Part shown: positions 24,280-37,784 of the stretch, in pieces
Position numbering within the stretch: position 1 is the first letter of the stretch
How the letters are laid out: the number at the start of each line of letters is the position of its first letter
Assembly: GCF_004010195.1 (NCBI RefSeq)
Contig: NC_057719.1
Location: 60,790,158-60,844,612, forward strand
DNA from: Chiloscyllium plagiosum
Taxonomy: Eukaryota
Direction of reading: 5' to 3'
Length of the DNA stretch: 54,455 bases
Notes under the pieces: model-generated
Databases searched by the model: none
Seen by the model: only the letters and a program-made list of their open reading frames with translations
Told to the model about the DNA's origin: nothing
Program-made: the position numbers and the translations under genes

Positions 24280-26735
24280 GATGGCCTAGTGGTATTATAG
24301 CTCGACTATTAATCAAATCCAATAAATATCTGGAATTAAGAATCCAATGATGATCATGAAACAACTGCCAATTAGTCGAAAAATTCATCAAGGAAGGAAA
24401 TTTGCCATCCTCACCTCGTCTGGCCTACACGTGACTTCAGACGCACAGCAGTGTGGTAGACATTCAACTGTCCATTGAAATGACCTAGCAAGACACTCAG
24501 TTGTATCAATCTCTATGAAGTCACAATGAAGGAGAGAAACTGGATGACCACCGACAATCAACCTAGGCACTGGAAACAACACCAACCCTGTCGATCCTGC
24601 AAAGTTCTCTCTTCTATCATCTGCAAGCTAATGCCAAAGTTGGGAAAGCAATCTCACAGACTGATCAGACAACAACCTTACAGATAACGTCTCAGACACC
24701 ACCACCATCATCCCTGGATATGTCATTTCCACCAGCAGGCCAAATCCAACCACGCAATATAGTCAGGAAGAAATTGCCCTGCAAGCCCTCAACACCGACT
24801 CCAGACTCCATGAAACCTCACTGCATCAGGTCAAACATAGGCAAGGAAATCTCTGCGTACCATGTACCATCCTCCCTCAACTAATTAATCAGTACTCCTC
24901 GACATTGAACACTGAGGAAGCAATGAGGGTGGCAAGGGCACAGAATGTATTCTGGGTGGGGGGATTTCAATAACCACCACCGAGTGAATTGACAGCAAGA
25001 TTACTCATTGAGCTGGTTGGATCCTAAAGGTCATTGCTGTTAGACTGGGTCTGCAGTAGGTAGTGAGGGAATCACATTTGAATTCATCCTCACCAATATG
25101 TCTACTGCAGATGCATCTGTCCATGACAGTATTGGTAACAGTGACCACTGCACAGTCTTCACATTGAGAACACCCTCCATCTTGCTGTGTCGCACTATCA
25201 CCATGCTAAATGGGTCAGACTTAAAAACAGGTCTAGCAACTCAAGAATGGTAATCCATGAAGTGCATATGTCATCAACAGCAGATGAGTTTGCAGATGAC
25301 AACAAAATTGGAGATGTAATGGACAGCAAAGAAGGTTACCTCCTATATTGATCAATGGGCTGAGGAGTGGCAGATGGAATTTAATTTAGATAAATGTGAG
25401 TTGCTGCATTTTGGAATGGCAAATCAGAGCAGGACATGTACACTTAATGATAAAGTCCAAGGGAGTGTTGCTAAACAAAGAGACCTTGAAGTGCAGGTTC
25501 ATAGTTCCTTGAAAGTGGAATTGCAAGGATATAGGATACTGAAGAAGGCATTTGGTATGCTTTCCTTTATTGGACAGAGCATTGAGTATAGGAGTTGGGA
25601 GGTAATGTTGCAGCTATACAGGAAATTGGTTAGATCATTTTGTGTGCAATTCTGCTTTCCTTCCAATAGGAAGGATTTTGTGAAACTTGAAAGGGTTCAG
25701 AAAAAAATTACAAGAATGTTGCCATGATTGGTGGATTTGAGCTATAGGGAGAGGTTGTATAGACTGGGGCTGTTTTCCCTGGAGTCTGAGGGGTGACCTT
25801 ATAGAGGTTTTTAAAATCATGAGGGGCATGGATAGGGTAAATAGACAAGGTCTTTTTCTTGGAGTGGGGGAGTCCAGAACCAGAGGGCATAGGTGTAAGG
25901 TGACAGGGGAACACTTGAAGAGAGACCCAAGGGACAACGTTTTCACACAGAGGGTGGTGCATGTATGGAATCAGCTGCCAGAGAATGTGGTGGAGGTTGG
26001 TACAATTAAAAAGCATCTGAATGGGTATATGAATAGTAGGGTTGAAAGTTTATGGGCCAAATGCTGGCAAATGGGACTGGATTAGGTTAGGATATCTGGT
26101 AGGCATGCATGAGTTGAACCGAAGGGTCTGTTTCCAGGCTGTACATCTCTATGACTCTATAATCATACACCAACACAATCTACAACCCTGTGGCACAGCT
26201 TATCCCTCATTCTACAATAATCATCAAGCCAGGGGTTCAATCTTGATTTAATCAAGAGTGCAAGAGGGCATACCTTAAAATAAGATGCCAATCTGGTGAG
26301 GCACCAAACAACACTACAACAATACAACACCAATAACCAGCAAGTGACAGACAGAGATAAGCAATCCCACAATCAACGGATCTAGTTGTGAATGGTGGTA
26401 AACAATAGAATAACACAGTATGGAGCAGAAGGATCCACAACTATTCCCATTCTCAATGATGAAAAAGCCCAACACATCAGTGCAAAAGATAAGGTTAAAG
26501 CATTCGCAGCAGTCTTCAGTTGAGTGGATGATCCATCTTGGTCTCTTCCAGTTTCCCCCAGCATCAGAGACGCCAATATTCTGCCAATTCCATTCAATCC
26601 ACATGATATCAAGAAATTATTAGAGGCACTGATACTGCAAATGCTATGGGTCTTGACAATATTCTGGCAATAGTACTGAAGAACTTGTGCTCCTGGACTC
26701 ACTGTACACATAGCCAAGCTATTCTAGTACAGCAA
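24280..26735 (+). mobile_element. Second CR1-clade LINE, 5' part with tRNA-like head, EN and RT start; interrupted at 25283-26160
   Basis: Head gatggcctagtggtattat; decayed EN (LMPKLGKQSHRLIRQQP..TTTIIPGYVISHQQ, SDHCTV); RT N-terminal ANAMGLDNILAIVLK..CAP. Confidence 0.75.
25283..26160 (+). mobile_element. CR1 ORF2 3' part with tail
   Basis: FADDNK, MEFNLDKCELLHFG, FTQRVVHVWNQLP; tail ctctatgactctat. Confidence 0.92.
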
Positions 26736-26739
26736 TAGC

Positions 26740-26880
26740 AGCATGGTAGCTCAGCAGTTAGCATGCTGCCTCTTAGTGCCAGGGACCCAGGTTCGATGCC
26801 AATGTTTGGTGACTGTATGGAATTTGCATGTTTTACCCTTTTCTGCGTAGGTTTCCTCCCACAGTCCAAGAATGTGCAGA
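26740..26880 (+). mobile_element. HE1-type SINE 5' fragment
   Basis: gtagctcagcagttagca A box, GGTTCGATGCC B box, V-domain start. Confidence 0.8.
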
Positions 26881-28475
26881 TTAGAACTGAGAGATAAGAA
26901 AGGGATGATCACCTTATTGGGATTGTATTATAGACCCCCCAGTAGTCAGAGGAAAATTGAGAAACAAACTTGTATGGAGATCTCAGCTATCTGTAAGAAT
27001 AATAGGGTAGTTATGGTAGGGGATTTTAACTTTCAAAACATCGACTGGGACTGCCATAGTGTTAAAGGTTTAGATGGAGAGGAATTTCATAAGTGTGTAC
27101 AAGACAATTTTCTGATTCAGTATGTGGATGTACCTACTAGAGAAGGTGCAAAACTTGACCTACTCTTGGGAAATAAGGCAGGCCAGGTGACTGAGGTTAT
27201 ATCTTCCATATCGCTGGTCCCAAAGTGGTCCCCCACTGTTTAAGAAGGGCGGTAAGGACAAGCCAGGGAACTATAGACCGGTGAGCCTGATCTCGGTGGT
27301 GGGCAAGTTGTTGGAGGGAATCCTGAGGGACAGGATGCACATGTAAGGACTGTGCAAGGACTGATTCGGGATAGTCAACATGGCTTTGTGCATGGGAAAT
27401 CATGTCTCACAAACTTGATGGAGTTTTTTGAAGAAGATTGATGAGGGCAGAGCAGTAGATGTGATCTATATGGACTTCAGTAAGGCGTTCGACAAGGTTC
27501 CCATGGGAGACTGATTAGCAAGGTTAGATCTCATGGAATACAGGGAGAACTAGCCATTTGGATACAGAACTGGCTCAAAGGTAGAAGACAGAGAGTGGAG
27601 GTGGAGGGTTGTTTTTCAGACTGGAGGACTGTGACCAGTGGAGTGCCACAAGAATCGGTGCTGGGTCCTCTACTTTTTGTCATTTATATAAATGATTAGG
27701 ATGCGTGCATAAGAGGTACAGTTAGTAAATTTGTAGATGACACCAAAATTGGAGGTGTAATGAACAGCGAAGAGGGTTACCTCAGATTACAACAGGATCT
27801 GGACCAGATGGGCCAATGGGCTGAGAAGTGGCAGATGGAGTTTAATTCAGATAAATGCGAGGTGCTGCATTTTGGGAGAGCAAATTTTAGCAGGACTTAT
27901 ACACTTAATGGTAAGGTCCTAGGGAGTGTTGCTGAACAAAGAGACCTTGGAGTGCAGGTGGAACTGCAGGTAGATAGGATAGTGAAGTATGCTTTCCTTT
28001 ATTGGTCAGAGTATTGAGTTCAGGTGTTGGGAGGTCATGTTGCGGCTGTACAGGACATTGGTTAGGCCCCTGTTGGAATATTGCTTGCAATTCTGGTCTC
28101 CTTCCTATTGGAAAGATGTTATGAAACTTGAAAGGGTTCAGAAAAGATTTATAAGGATGTTGCCAGGGTTGGAGGATCTGAGCTACAGGGAGAGGCTGAA
28201 CAGGCTGGGGCTGTTTTCCCTGGAGCGTCGGAGGCTGAGGGGTGACCTTATAGAGGTTTACAAAATTATGAGGGGCATGGATGCCAGAGGATGTGGTGGA
28301 GGCTGGTACAATTGCAACATTTAAGAGGCATTTGGATGGGTATATGAATAGTAAGGGTTTGGAGGGATATGGGCCAGGTGCTGGGAGGTGGGACTAGATT
28401 GGGTTGGGATGTCTGGTCAGCATGGACAGGTTGGACCCAAGGGTCTGTTTCCATGCTGTACATTTCTATGACTCT
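26881..28475 (+). mobile_element. CR1 ORF2 with internal deletions and tail
   Basis: GLYYRPPSS..VMVGDFNF (EN), DFSKAFDKV, LVRPLLEYCLQFWSP; tail ttctatgactcta. Confidence 0.93.
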
Positions 28476-28484
28476 ATTTCAGTT

Positions 28485-28758
28485 CTGGATGTAGGTTTGC
28501 TCGCTGAGCTGGAAGGTTCATTTCCAGATGTTTTGTCACCCTACTAGGTAACATTTTCACCACAGGAAATGACATCACCAACCCAAAGAAACCCAAATAT
28601 ATGAATAGAAAGCAGAAATCATCAGCAGTGCTTCGCCCAGAGGCCCACTGAAGATGTTACCTATTAGGGTGACGAAACATCTGGAAATGAATCTTGAGCG
28701 AGCAAACCGACATCCAGAACCTCAACCTGAGCTACACATCTTCTCAAAACTCACTGTG
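28485..28758. mobile_element. Fold-back PLE mini-element
   Basis: 28482-28559 is an inverted copy of 28649-28720; TSD atttcagtt (28476-28484, 28759-28767); related to 7560-7797. Confidence 0.85.
28645..28684 (+). ncRNA. Minimal type I hammerhead ribozyme motif
   Basis: cca CTGAAGA t gttacc tattag ggtgac GAAA c ATC tgg; stem I cca/tgg, stem II gttacc/ggtgac. Confidence 0.75.
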
Positions 28759-28767
28759 ATTTCAGTT

Positions 28768-28972
28768 GTCGAGACCCAAAGTTTTGGAATACCCTCTCAA
28801 CAGCTGTTGCCTTTCTACTTCACATTTCTTCTGCAACACTCTTTGACTAAACTTTCTGTCATCTGACCTAACCATCTTTCATGGCATGGTGCCATACTTT
28901 GTTTTATAAATCTCACATGAAGTAACTTGGAAAATTTCATTTCATTGAAGACACGATGTCAATATAAGCTGT
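28768..28972 (+). mobile_element. Old L2 3' end
   Basis: ctctttgactaaactttctgtcatctgacc is the reverse complement counterpart of 34938-34968. Confidence 0.55.
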
Positions 28973-30569
28973 CAAACATACTACATTCACAATTTCTGCA
29001 GAGGAACCATTTTGAGCAAAATAAGCAACAGGTGCTTTTGTATAATTCTAACTTATGAAAGCTGTTGGTCTCGAAGCTGAAGAAAGCAAACTTTGAACCA
29101 AAATTCAATGAAATTCCAAAAGATTTTAAAAGATTTGTACAATTTGGAGCACTGCAAACCTTACTAGAAGAAACAGATGGGAATCACCTAATGCATAGAC
29201 CAACTGCCCCTCTTTGAATACCACAATGGAGTCATTATGTCATTTATCTAACAGATAGTTTTCAGCTGCATGTTTTTAAGATATGAATTGCTTGTCTCTG
29301 GAGATTATTTTTATTGTTGAATTATTCAAAGTTTTGTACTCACTGAATATTTATCAGTTTAAACATTTTAAATGCCAGAATGAAGGCATCAACAAATGCA
29401 CGTGTGAGTACATTTCAGTCAAACTGAAAAGGATCATGGTCAAACTGATCATGGTCAAACAAAAACATTATTTCTAGGCAGTTCAGAGGTGCTCCAATAA
29501 AAACTCATTAAGCAACACTTTACAACTATGCATTCTCCTATGCTTAGGCCTGATCAAAGGTCTGGCTTCTGTCCAATCACTCAATTGAAGCACGATATTG
29601 TGTGCAAGGTACAGCTTGAAATGTTACAGAAGGATGAAAGTCATATAACATACTGCAGTGAAAAAAGACGTAGTAATACATAAGGGGTAGTGTTCTAACA
29701 ATGAAAGAGTGGTGTTTCAGTCTGCCAAACAATGTAATGACTCATTCAAGCAGAAAAATATTATCATCAAGGGAATACGGAGAACTTCTCAGTTTGACTG
29801 TAATTAGGATTGAGATAACTTGGCATGCTCAAGTGATGAAATGAGAAAATTTAGCAATACTACTATCATGGTGAATAGTAAATGACAATTCCCCTGCCCC
29901 CAACCTTATGTTAAAATTAAAACACCACAAGCAACGTCAAAATAATTCTGCAAGTCACAATGTCAGGCTGGATACAAATTACACCATTCTCCACATCTAA
30001 TAATGTCCATCAGAGCAGCTGATTGAACTTTTGCTCATTCTATAGATACACAAGTAAATGTAACATTATTTACTGTTAATGACACGATTATTTTATACAA
30101 AATAGAAAATATTCATCTTATACAAGGTATATACGGAATAAAAATTAATGAACTCCAAAAAATTATGCACATTTTCACAAAATTACATTTTAATGCTCAC
30201 ATTTTCAGGACACGCTGGGTGGTTTGATGCATTCCCACAATCCATCTTCCTGCTAAGCCAATTTTAATTTAAATGCAATTATGGATTTGAAATGAACATT
30301 ATGTATTAGATAAAGCCTTGAATCTGCAGACTATCATATATATAAGAATTTCTGAAGAATTAATTACCAGCTATTACATTACATGTCATCTTATTGGAAA
30401 CGCTGAATTAAACCATGGATCACTCCTCTCATTTCACTAAAGACTGAACACTGACTGCAAGCAGTACTCCAATTTATTATGAGTAGATCAGATTCTGAGG
30501 CAAAAATAATGATAAATGTTATGAAAAGACCAAATGTTTCTTCTGAACATAAAAAGCACTGTACACTAA

Positions 30570-31818
30570 AACAGGTAGATGGGGTGGTGAAGAATGCCTT
30601 TGGCATGCTTGCTTTCATCAGTCACAGCAACAGGTATAAGAGTTGGGATGTCTTGCTGCAGCTGTACCAAGATATTGGTGAGGCCACATTTGGAGTACTG
30701 CATGCACTTCTGGTCATCCTACTATAAAAATGATATTATCAAACTAGAAAGAGTGCAGAAAAGATTTTCTAGGACACTGCTTGGACTGGAAGGCTTGAGT
30801 TATGAGGAGAGGCTAAAAAGACTGGGACTTTTTTCTCCCAGAATGTAGGAGACTCAGGGGTGACCTTATAGAGGTCTACAAAATCATCAGAGGCATAGAT
30901 AAGACAGATAACCAACAGCTTTCCTCCATGGTATGGGAGTCTAAAACTTGATGGCACAGGCTTAAGGTGAGACGGGAGAAATGCAAAAGGGTCCAGACGG
31001 GCAACTTTTTTCACACAGAAGGTGCTGAGTAGCTGGAACAGTCTGTCAGAGGTAGTGGTCGAAACAAGTACAATTTCTCTATTTAAGAAATTTTTTATTC
31101 TTTGTTCTGGGTAATCCAAGATGGAGGGTTGGAAAAATTTCTGGCTGTAAGAGCTGCTCCTTTTTTGAGGTATTTTAGGTGTTGGAGGTGATTTCCTCGA
31201 ATTCCTGGAGCAGCAATTACTGTTTTATATGCTGTTGCATTGTTTTGGAACTTTGGAAAACAAAAGGCAAAACAACAGCAGTATAAAAGGGCGAAGAGCA
31301 GACAAAGGAAGCACATGGTGAGGACAGTGTAGGAGAGACACAGAGAGAGAAAGAGAAAACCTGCACAGTTATCACCTTTGCTGTTTGAATTCGTGTATCA
31401 CTGGACATCGGAGTGCATCTGGGAAAATTCACGCAGAGGGTGGTACGTGTATGGAACGAACTGCCAGAGGATGTGGTGGAGGGTGGTACAATTCCAACAT
31501 TTAAGAGGCATTTGGATGGGTATATGAATAGGAAGGGTTTGGAGGGATATGAGACGAGTGCTGGCAGGTGGGACTAGATTGGGCTGGGATATCTGGTCGG
31601 CATGGACGGGTTGGACCGAAGGGTCTGTTTCCATGCTGTACATCTCTATGACTCTTTGACTCTATGTCTAAGAAACATTTAAACATGGATCCAATAGGTC
31701 TCGAGGAATATGGACCATTCACAGGCAAATGGGACTAAATTAATTGTGAAAACTGGTGGCATGGGCAAGTTGGGCTGAAGGGTCTGTTTCCATGCTGTAT
31801 ACCTGTACGACATTCTAA
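30570..31818 (+). mobile_element. CR1 3' part, interrupted at 31091-31668
   Basis: LVRPHLEYCMHFWSSYYKNDIIKLERVQKRF; resumes at 31676. Confidence 0.88.
31091..31668 (+). mobile_element. Bipartite non-autonomous element: non-coding 5' part fused to young CR1 3' end
   Basis: Non-coding 31091-31430, CR1 tail 31431-31668; TSD taagaaa at 31084-31090 and 31669-31675. Confidence 0.7.
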
Positions 31819-32132
31819 AAAAGGCAACCTGACTTAACACTTAAATAAATGTTCAGTATACACAGGAGCTATCCAGAACTGGCAAATAATTTCTGTGGTA
31901 TGAGCTAGAATGATGATTGTCTAGTAACAAAATTGTGATAAAATTTGTGACACGGCAAACTATAATTTGCAACATTAAAGGTGAGCTTTTACAACTGTTT
32001 ATGCCCAATATGAGAAGTGAATAGGGCTTTCTCATGATTTAGGAATTTATTCAAATTGCCAATTGATTTTATTATTGGTGTCATAACAACAATTTCCATT
32101 TATATAATGTTTGTATGATACTGAAACTTCCA

Positions 32133-34895
32133 AATTGAGAAACAAAGATATAGAGATATCACAGATATATGTAAAAATAAGATTGTAACAGTAGGTAATT
32201 TTAATTTTCCAAACATTGACTGGGGCTAGCGATGATGAAGAATTTGTTAAATGGGTTTAAGAAAATTTTCTTCATCGATATGTAAATGTTCCTACCAGAG
32301 AAGTAGTAAAACTTGATCTTCTCTTAGATAAGACAGGGCAAGTGACTAAAGAAATGGTAGGGAAAAACATTGGGTCTCATGATCATAATTCTATTGTTCT
32401 AAAATAGTTATAGTAAAGGATAAGCCTTCCATAAAAATTAAAATTTTTAAGTGGAGTAATGCAAATTTCAATGATATGAGACAAGAACTTTCAAAAATTG
32501 TTTGGAATAGACAGTTTGCAAAAAAAGGGATATATGATAAGTGGGAGGCTTTCAGAAGTGTGATAATGAAACGTCAGAGTCATTATGTTCCTGTTAGAAC
32601 AAAACAGAAGACTGATAGGATTTAAGAACAATGGATGAATAAAGATATTGATGTTCTAGTCAAGAATAAAAAAAGAGTTAAAAACAACTATGTCATATGA
32701 ACCTCTTGAACAGTGTAAAGAGTGTTGGTGCTTTCTTAAGACAGAGGTCAGGAAGGAAAATACAGGATATGAGATAGCCTTGGCAAGTAAGGTTAAAGAT
32801 AAATCAAAGAGATTCGACAAGTACGGTAAGAGCAAGGGAAGAACTAGACAGAGAGTAGGGCTCCTGAAAGATCAAAGACATTGTGTTTGTGTTAATCCTC
32901 AGGAGATGGGACTGATACAAAATTAATATTTTGCGTCAATTTTACTGTGTGGAAAGAAATGGATGCGACAGAACTTAGGGAATAAATATTGATGTTTTGA
33001 AAACAGTTCACATTACATGAGAGGAAGTGCTGGATTCTTAGAAAATATAAAGGTGGATAATTCTCCAGGCCTGATTTAGTATATCCCAGGACTTTGTAGG
33101 AGGTTAGGGAGGAAATTGCGGGGCCCTTGCAGTAACATTTGTACCATCTATAACTATGGATGAAGTGCTAGATGACTGGAGAGTTGCAAATGGTTGTGCA
33201 TTTGTTTAAGAAGGGATGCAAGGAGAAGCCTGGAACTGTAGGCCTGTGAGTCTGATTTCAGTGGTGGGTATCTTGTTGGAAGTGATTCTGAAAGAGAGGA
33301 TTTATATACATTTGGAGAGGCAAGTGGTGATTAGGGATAGTCAGCATGGTTTTGTGCGACAGAAGTCATGTCTTGCAATCGTGGTTGAGTTTTTTGAGGA
33401 AGTAACCAAGAACATTGATAAGGGCAGAGCGGACAGCATTGTTTACTTGGATTTTAGTAAAGCCTTTGACAAGATTCCACATGGTAGACTAATTAGTAAA
33501 GTTAGATCACATGGGATTCAGGCTGAGCTTGTCAACTGGTACAAGATTGGCTTAGCAATAGAAGATAGAGAGTGATGGTGGAGGGTTGTTTTTCAGACTG
33601 GAGACCTGTAAACAGCAGAGCTCCAAAGGGATCGGTGCTGGGTACACTTTTGCTTGTCATTTATAGAAATTATTTAGATGAGAATATAGAAAGCATGGTT
33701 GGTATGTTTGTGGATGACACCAAGACTGGTGGCATAGTGGACAGTGAAGAAGGTTGTCTAAGATTACAAAGAGATCTTGATCAATTGGGTCAATGGGCTG
33801 AAGAGTGGCAGATGGAGTTTAATTTGGATAAATGCGAGGCATTACCTTTTGGAAAAACAAGGTCAAGACTTACACAATTAAAAGCAGGGCCTTGGGCAGA
33901 GTTGTCGAGCAGAAAGATTTTGTAGTTCAGGTACATATTTTTTCGCAGTTTGCGTCATATATAGATAAGGTGTTTAAGAAAGTATTTAGTATGCATGTCG
34001 TTATTGCTCAGACCTTTGGAATATAGGAGTTGGGATTCTATGTTGAGGATGTGCAAGACGTTGGTGAGGCCACCTCTGAAGTACTATGTCCAGTTCTGGT
34101 TGCCTTATTATAGGAAGGATATTATTAAGCTGAACAGGGTTCAAACGAGATTTACGAGGATGTTGCTGGGAATGAAGGGTTTGAGTTATAAAGAGAGGCT
34201 CAATAGGCTGGGACTTTTTCCACTGGAGTGTATTAGGTTGAGAGGTGACCATATGGAGGCTTATAAAATCACTATTAGTAGATTAGATTTGATTCCCTAC
34301 AGTGTGGAAACAGGCCCTTCGGCCCAACACCTCCACACCGACCCTCCGAAGAGTAACTCATCCAGACCCATTTCCCTCTGACTAATGCACCTAACACTAT
34401 GGTTAATTTAGCATGGTCAATTCACCTGGCCTGCGGGAGGAAACCAGAGCACCCAGAGGAAACTCACGCAAACACGGGGAAAATGTGCAAACTCCACACA
34501 GTCAGTTGCCCAAGGCTGGAATCGAACCTGGGTCCCTAGTGCTGTGAGGCAGCAGTGCTAAGCACTGAGCCACCCCCTAGATAAGGTGAACGGCAGGTGT
34601 CTTTTCAACACTAGAGGACATATTTTTAAGGAGAGAAATATTTTAAAAAAGACATCAAAGGCAATTTTTTTACACAGAGCACAATTCATGTATGGAATGA
34701 AATTCCAGAGGAAGTGGTGGATGTGGTTACATTTACAACATTTAAAAGACATTTAGATAAGTACATGTATCAGAAATGTTTAGAGGGGTGTGGGCCAATC
34801 CCAGGCAGATGGGACTAGTTTAGTTTGGGATTATGGTCGGCATGGGCTTGTTGGACCAAAGGGTCTGTTTCCGTACTATATGACTCTATGACTCT
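32133..34895 (+). mobile_element. Longest CR1 ORF2 copy (EN to tail), frameshifted, split by a SINE
   Basis: VGNFNFPNIDW, NCRPVSLISVVGILLE, YLDFSKAFDKIPH, FVDDTK; tail atgactctatgactcta. Confidence 0.93.
34278..34577 (-). mobile_element. HE1-type SINE
   Basis: Reverse complement of 8052-8363; B box GGTTCGATTCC on minus. Confidence 0.9.
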
Positions 34896-35071
34896 AAGTG
34901 CTTCACAAGAATAAAATATGACACCAAGTCACATATCAGGGCAGATGACCATAAGTTTTTGCAAAGACATGAACTTTAAGTAACAACTTAAAGGAGTGAA
35001 ATAAGTAAGACATGCTGACAGATTAAGGGAGGGTATTCCACAGCACAGGCCCCATGCTATAATCATGGCTG

Positions 35072-36764
35072 TTGTGGTTCTGTTCGCCGAGCTGGGAATT
35101 TGTGTTGCAGACGTTTCGTTCCCTGTCTAGGAGACATCCTCAGTGCTTGGGAGCCTCCTGTGAAGCGCTTCTGTGTTGTTTCCTCTGGTATTTATAGTGG
35201 TTTGTCTCTGCTGCTTCCGGTTGTCAGTTCCAGCTGTCCGCTGCAGTGGTCGGTATATTGAGTCCAGGTCGATGTGTTTGTTGATAGAATCTGTGGATGA
35301 GTGCCATGCCTCTAGGAATTCCCTGGCTGTTCTCTGTTTGGCTTGTCCTATAATAGTAGTGTTGTCCCAGTCAAACTCAATGTTGCTTGTCACCTGTGTG
35401 TGTGGCTACTAAGGATAGCTGGTCGTGTCGTTTCGTGGCTAGTTGGTGTTCATGGATACGGATCGTTAGCTGTCTTCCTGTTTGTCCAATGTAGTGTTTT
35501 GTGCAGTCCTTGCATGGGATTTTGTACACTACGTTGGTTTTGCTCATGCTGGGTATCGGGTCCTTTGTCCTGGTGAGTTGTTGTCTGAGAGTGGCTGTTG
35601 GTTTGTGTGCTGTTATGAGTCCTAGTGGTCGTAGTAGTCTGGCTGTCATTTCAGAAATGTTCTTGATGTATGGTAACGTGGCTAGTCCTTTGGGTTGTGA
35701 CATGTCCTCATTCCGTTGTCTTTCCCTTAGGCATCTGTTGATGAAATTGCAGGGGTGTCCGTTTTTGGGGAATACATTGTAGAGGTGTTCTTCTTCCTCT
35801 TTTTGCAGTTCAAGTGTGCTGCAGTGTGTTGTGGCCCTTTTGAACAGTGTCTTGATGCAACTTCTTTTGTGTGTGTTGGGGTGGTTGCTTTCGTAGTTCA
35901 GGACTTGATCTGTGTGCGTGGCTTTCCTGTATACATTTGTGGTGAATTGTCCGTTCGGTGTTCTCTGTACCATCATGTCTAGGAATGGGAGTTGGTTGTC
36001 CTTTTCTTCCTCTCTAGTGAATCGGATTCCTGTGAGTCTGGCGTTGATGATCCGGTGTGTTTTCTCTATTTCTGTGTTTTTAATGATTACAAAGGTGTCA
36101 TCCACATATCTGACCCAGAGTTTGGGTTGAATTTGCGGTATGACGGTTTGTGCTAATCTTTGCATTACACCTTCTGCTATGAGTCCAGAGATGGGTGAGC
36201 CCATGGGTGTGCCGTTGATTTGTTCATATATTTGGTTGTTGAATGTGAAGTGTGTTGTGAGGCACAGGTCCAGTAGTTTCAGTATGCAGTCTTTGTTGAT
36301 CGGTTCCCTGTCTTGTTGTCTGTTCTATATGTCCAGCAGGTTAGCTATTGTTTCTCTGGCTAGGGTTTTGTTGATAGAGGTAAACGGTGTGGTTACATCG
36401 AATAAGACCATAGTTTCTTCCTTGTCTATGTGTATATTTCTGATGATGTCCAAGAATTCCTGCGTTGACTGTATAGAGTGTCTGGATCCGCTGATCAGGT
36501 GTTTCAGTTTCTGTTGTAGTTCTTTAGCCAGTTTGTGTGATGGTGTCCCTGGTAGCAATACGATGGGTCTGAGTGAGATATCTGGTTTGTGCACTTTAGG
36601 TAGTCCATAGAATCTGGTGGTGGTGTTGCTTTCAGGTTTCATTCTCTGTAGGTCAAATCCGGTTATCTGTCTGTTTTTTTTTGTAGGTTCCTCTGTGTGT
36701 TGTTTATCCTATGGGTGAGCTGTGGGGTGGGGTCAAACTCCCTCTTTTGGTAGGTGTTGGTATC
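35072..36764 (-). mobile_element. Penelope-like element, RT + GIY-YIG endonuclease + pLTR (inverted copy), few disruptions
   Basis: FYGLPKVHK, MGSPISG, WVRYVDDTF, LPFLD, VVYKIPCKDCTKHYIGQTGR. Confidence 0.95.
35107..35146 (-). ncRNA. Minimal type I hammerhead ribozyme motif
   Basis: Minus strand gca CTGAGGA tgtctcctagacagggaac GAAA cGTC tgc. Confidence 0.75.
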
Positions 36765-37784
36765 TGCACCATGTGTCAGATACAGACCACCAGTCAACAA
36801 CCCACAAGCCAGGGACACAGCCAGACAGAACGCATTCAGGATGATCCAGGTAATAATTACAGACGCAAACAAAGACTACACAAATACAGACAAGAAATTG
36901 CGCGCCAAAAATCGTTAATTTCAAAAACCACCAATCAGGAATGGACCCGGACCATAGAACAGGCCGTCACCATAGGACAGAACAGGACTACACACCGCAA
37001 AAAAACGGCANNNNNNNNNNNNNNNNNNNNNNNNNNNNNNNNNNNNNNNNNNNNNNNNNNNNNNNNNNNNNNNNNNNNNNNNNNNNNNNNNNNNNNNNNN
37101 NNNNNNNNNNNNNNNNNNNNNNNNNNNNNNNNNNNNNNNNNNNNNNNNNNNNNNNNNNNNNNNNAACTGACAGCCAGACTACTGCGACCACTTGGACTCA
37201 TAACAGCACACAAACCAACAGCCACTCTCAGACAACAACTCACCAGGACAAAGGACCCGATACCCAGCATGAGCAAAACCAATGTAGTGTACAAAATCCC
37301 ATGCAAGGACTGCACAAAACACTACATAGGACAAACAGGAAGACAGCTAACGATCGTATCCATGAACACCAACTAGCCACGAAACGACACGACCAGCTAT
37401 CCTTAGTAGCCACACACACAGGTGACAAGTTAACATGAGTTCGACTGAGACACTACTATTATAGGACAAGCCAAACAGAGAACACCCAGGGAATTCCTAG
37501 AGGCATGGCACTCATCTACAGATTCTATCAACAAACACATCAACCTGGACTCAATATACCGACCACTGCAGCGGACAGCTGGAATTGACAACCGGAAGCG
37601 GCAGAGACAAACCACTATAAATGCCGGAGGAAACATCACAGAAACGCTTCACAGGAGGCTCCCAAGCACTGAGGATGTCACCTAGACAGGGGATGAAACG
37701 TCTGCAACACAAATTCCCAGCTCGACAAACAGAACCACAACAACGAGCACCCGAGCTACAAATCTTCTCACAAACTTTGAATAT
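36765..37784 (+). mobile_element. Penelope-like element direct copy (ORF N-terminal part, N gap, GIY-YIG, pLTR)
   Basis: 37165-37742 is a near-identical inverted copy of 35072-35650. Confidence 0.93.
37666..37705 (+). ncRNA. Minimal type I hammerhead ribozyme motif
   Basis: gca CTGAGGA tgtcacctagacaggggat GAAA cGTC tgc; stem I gca/tgc, GUC cleavage triplet. Confidence 0.78.
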
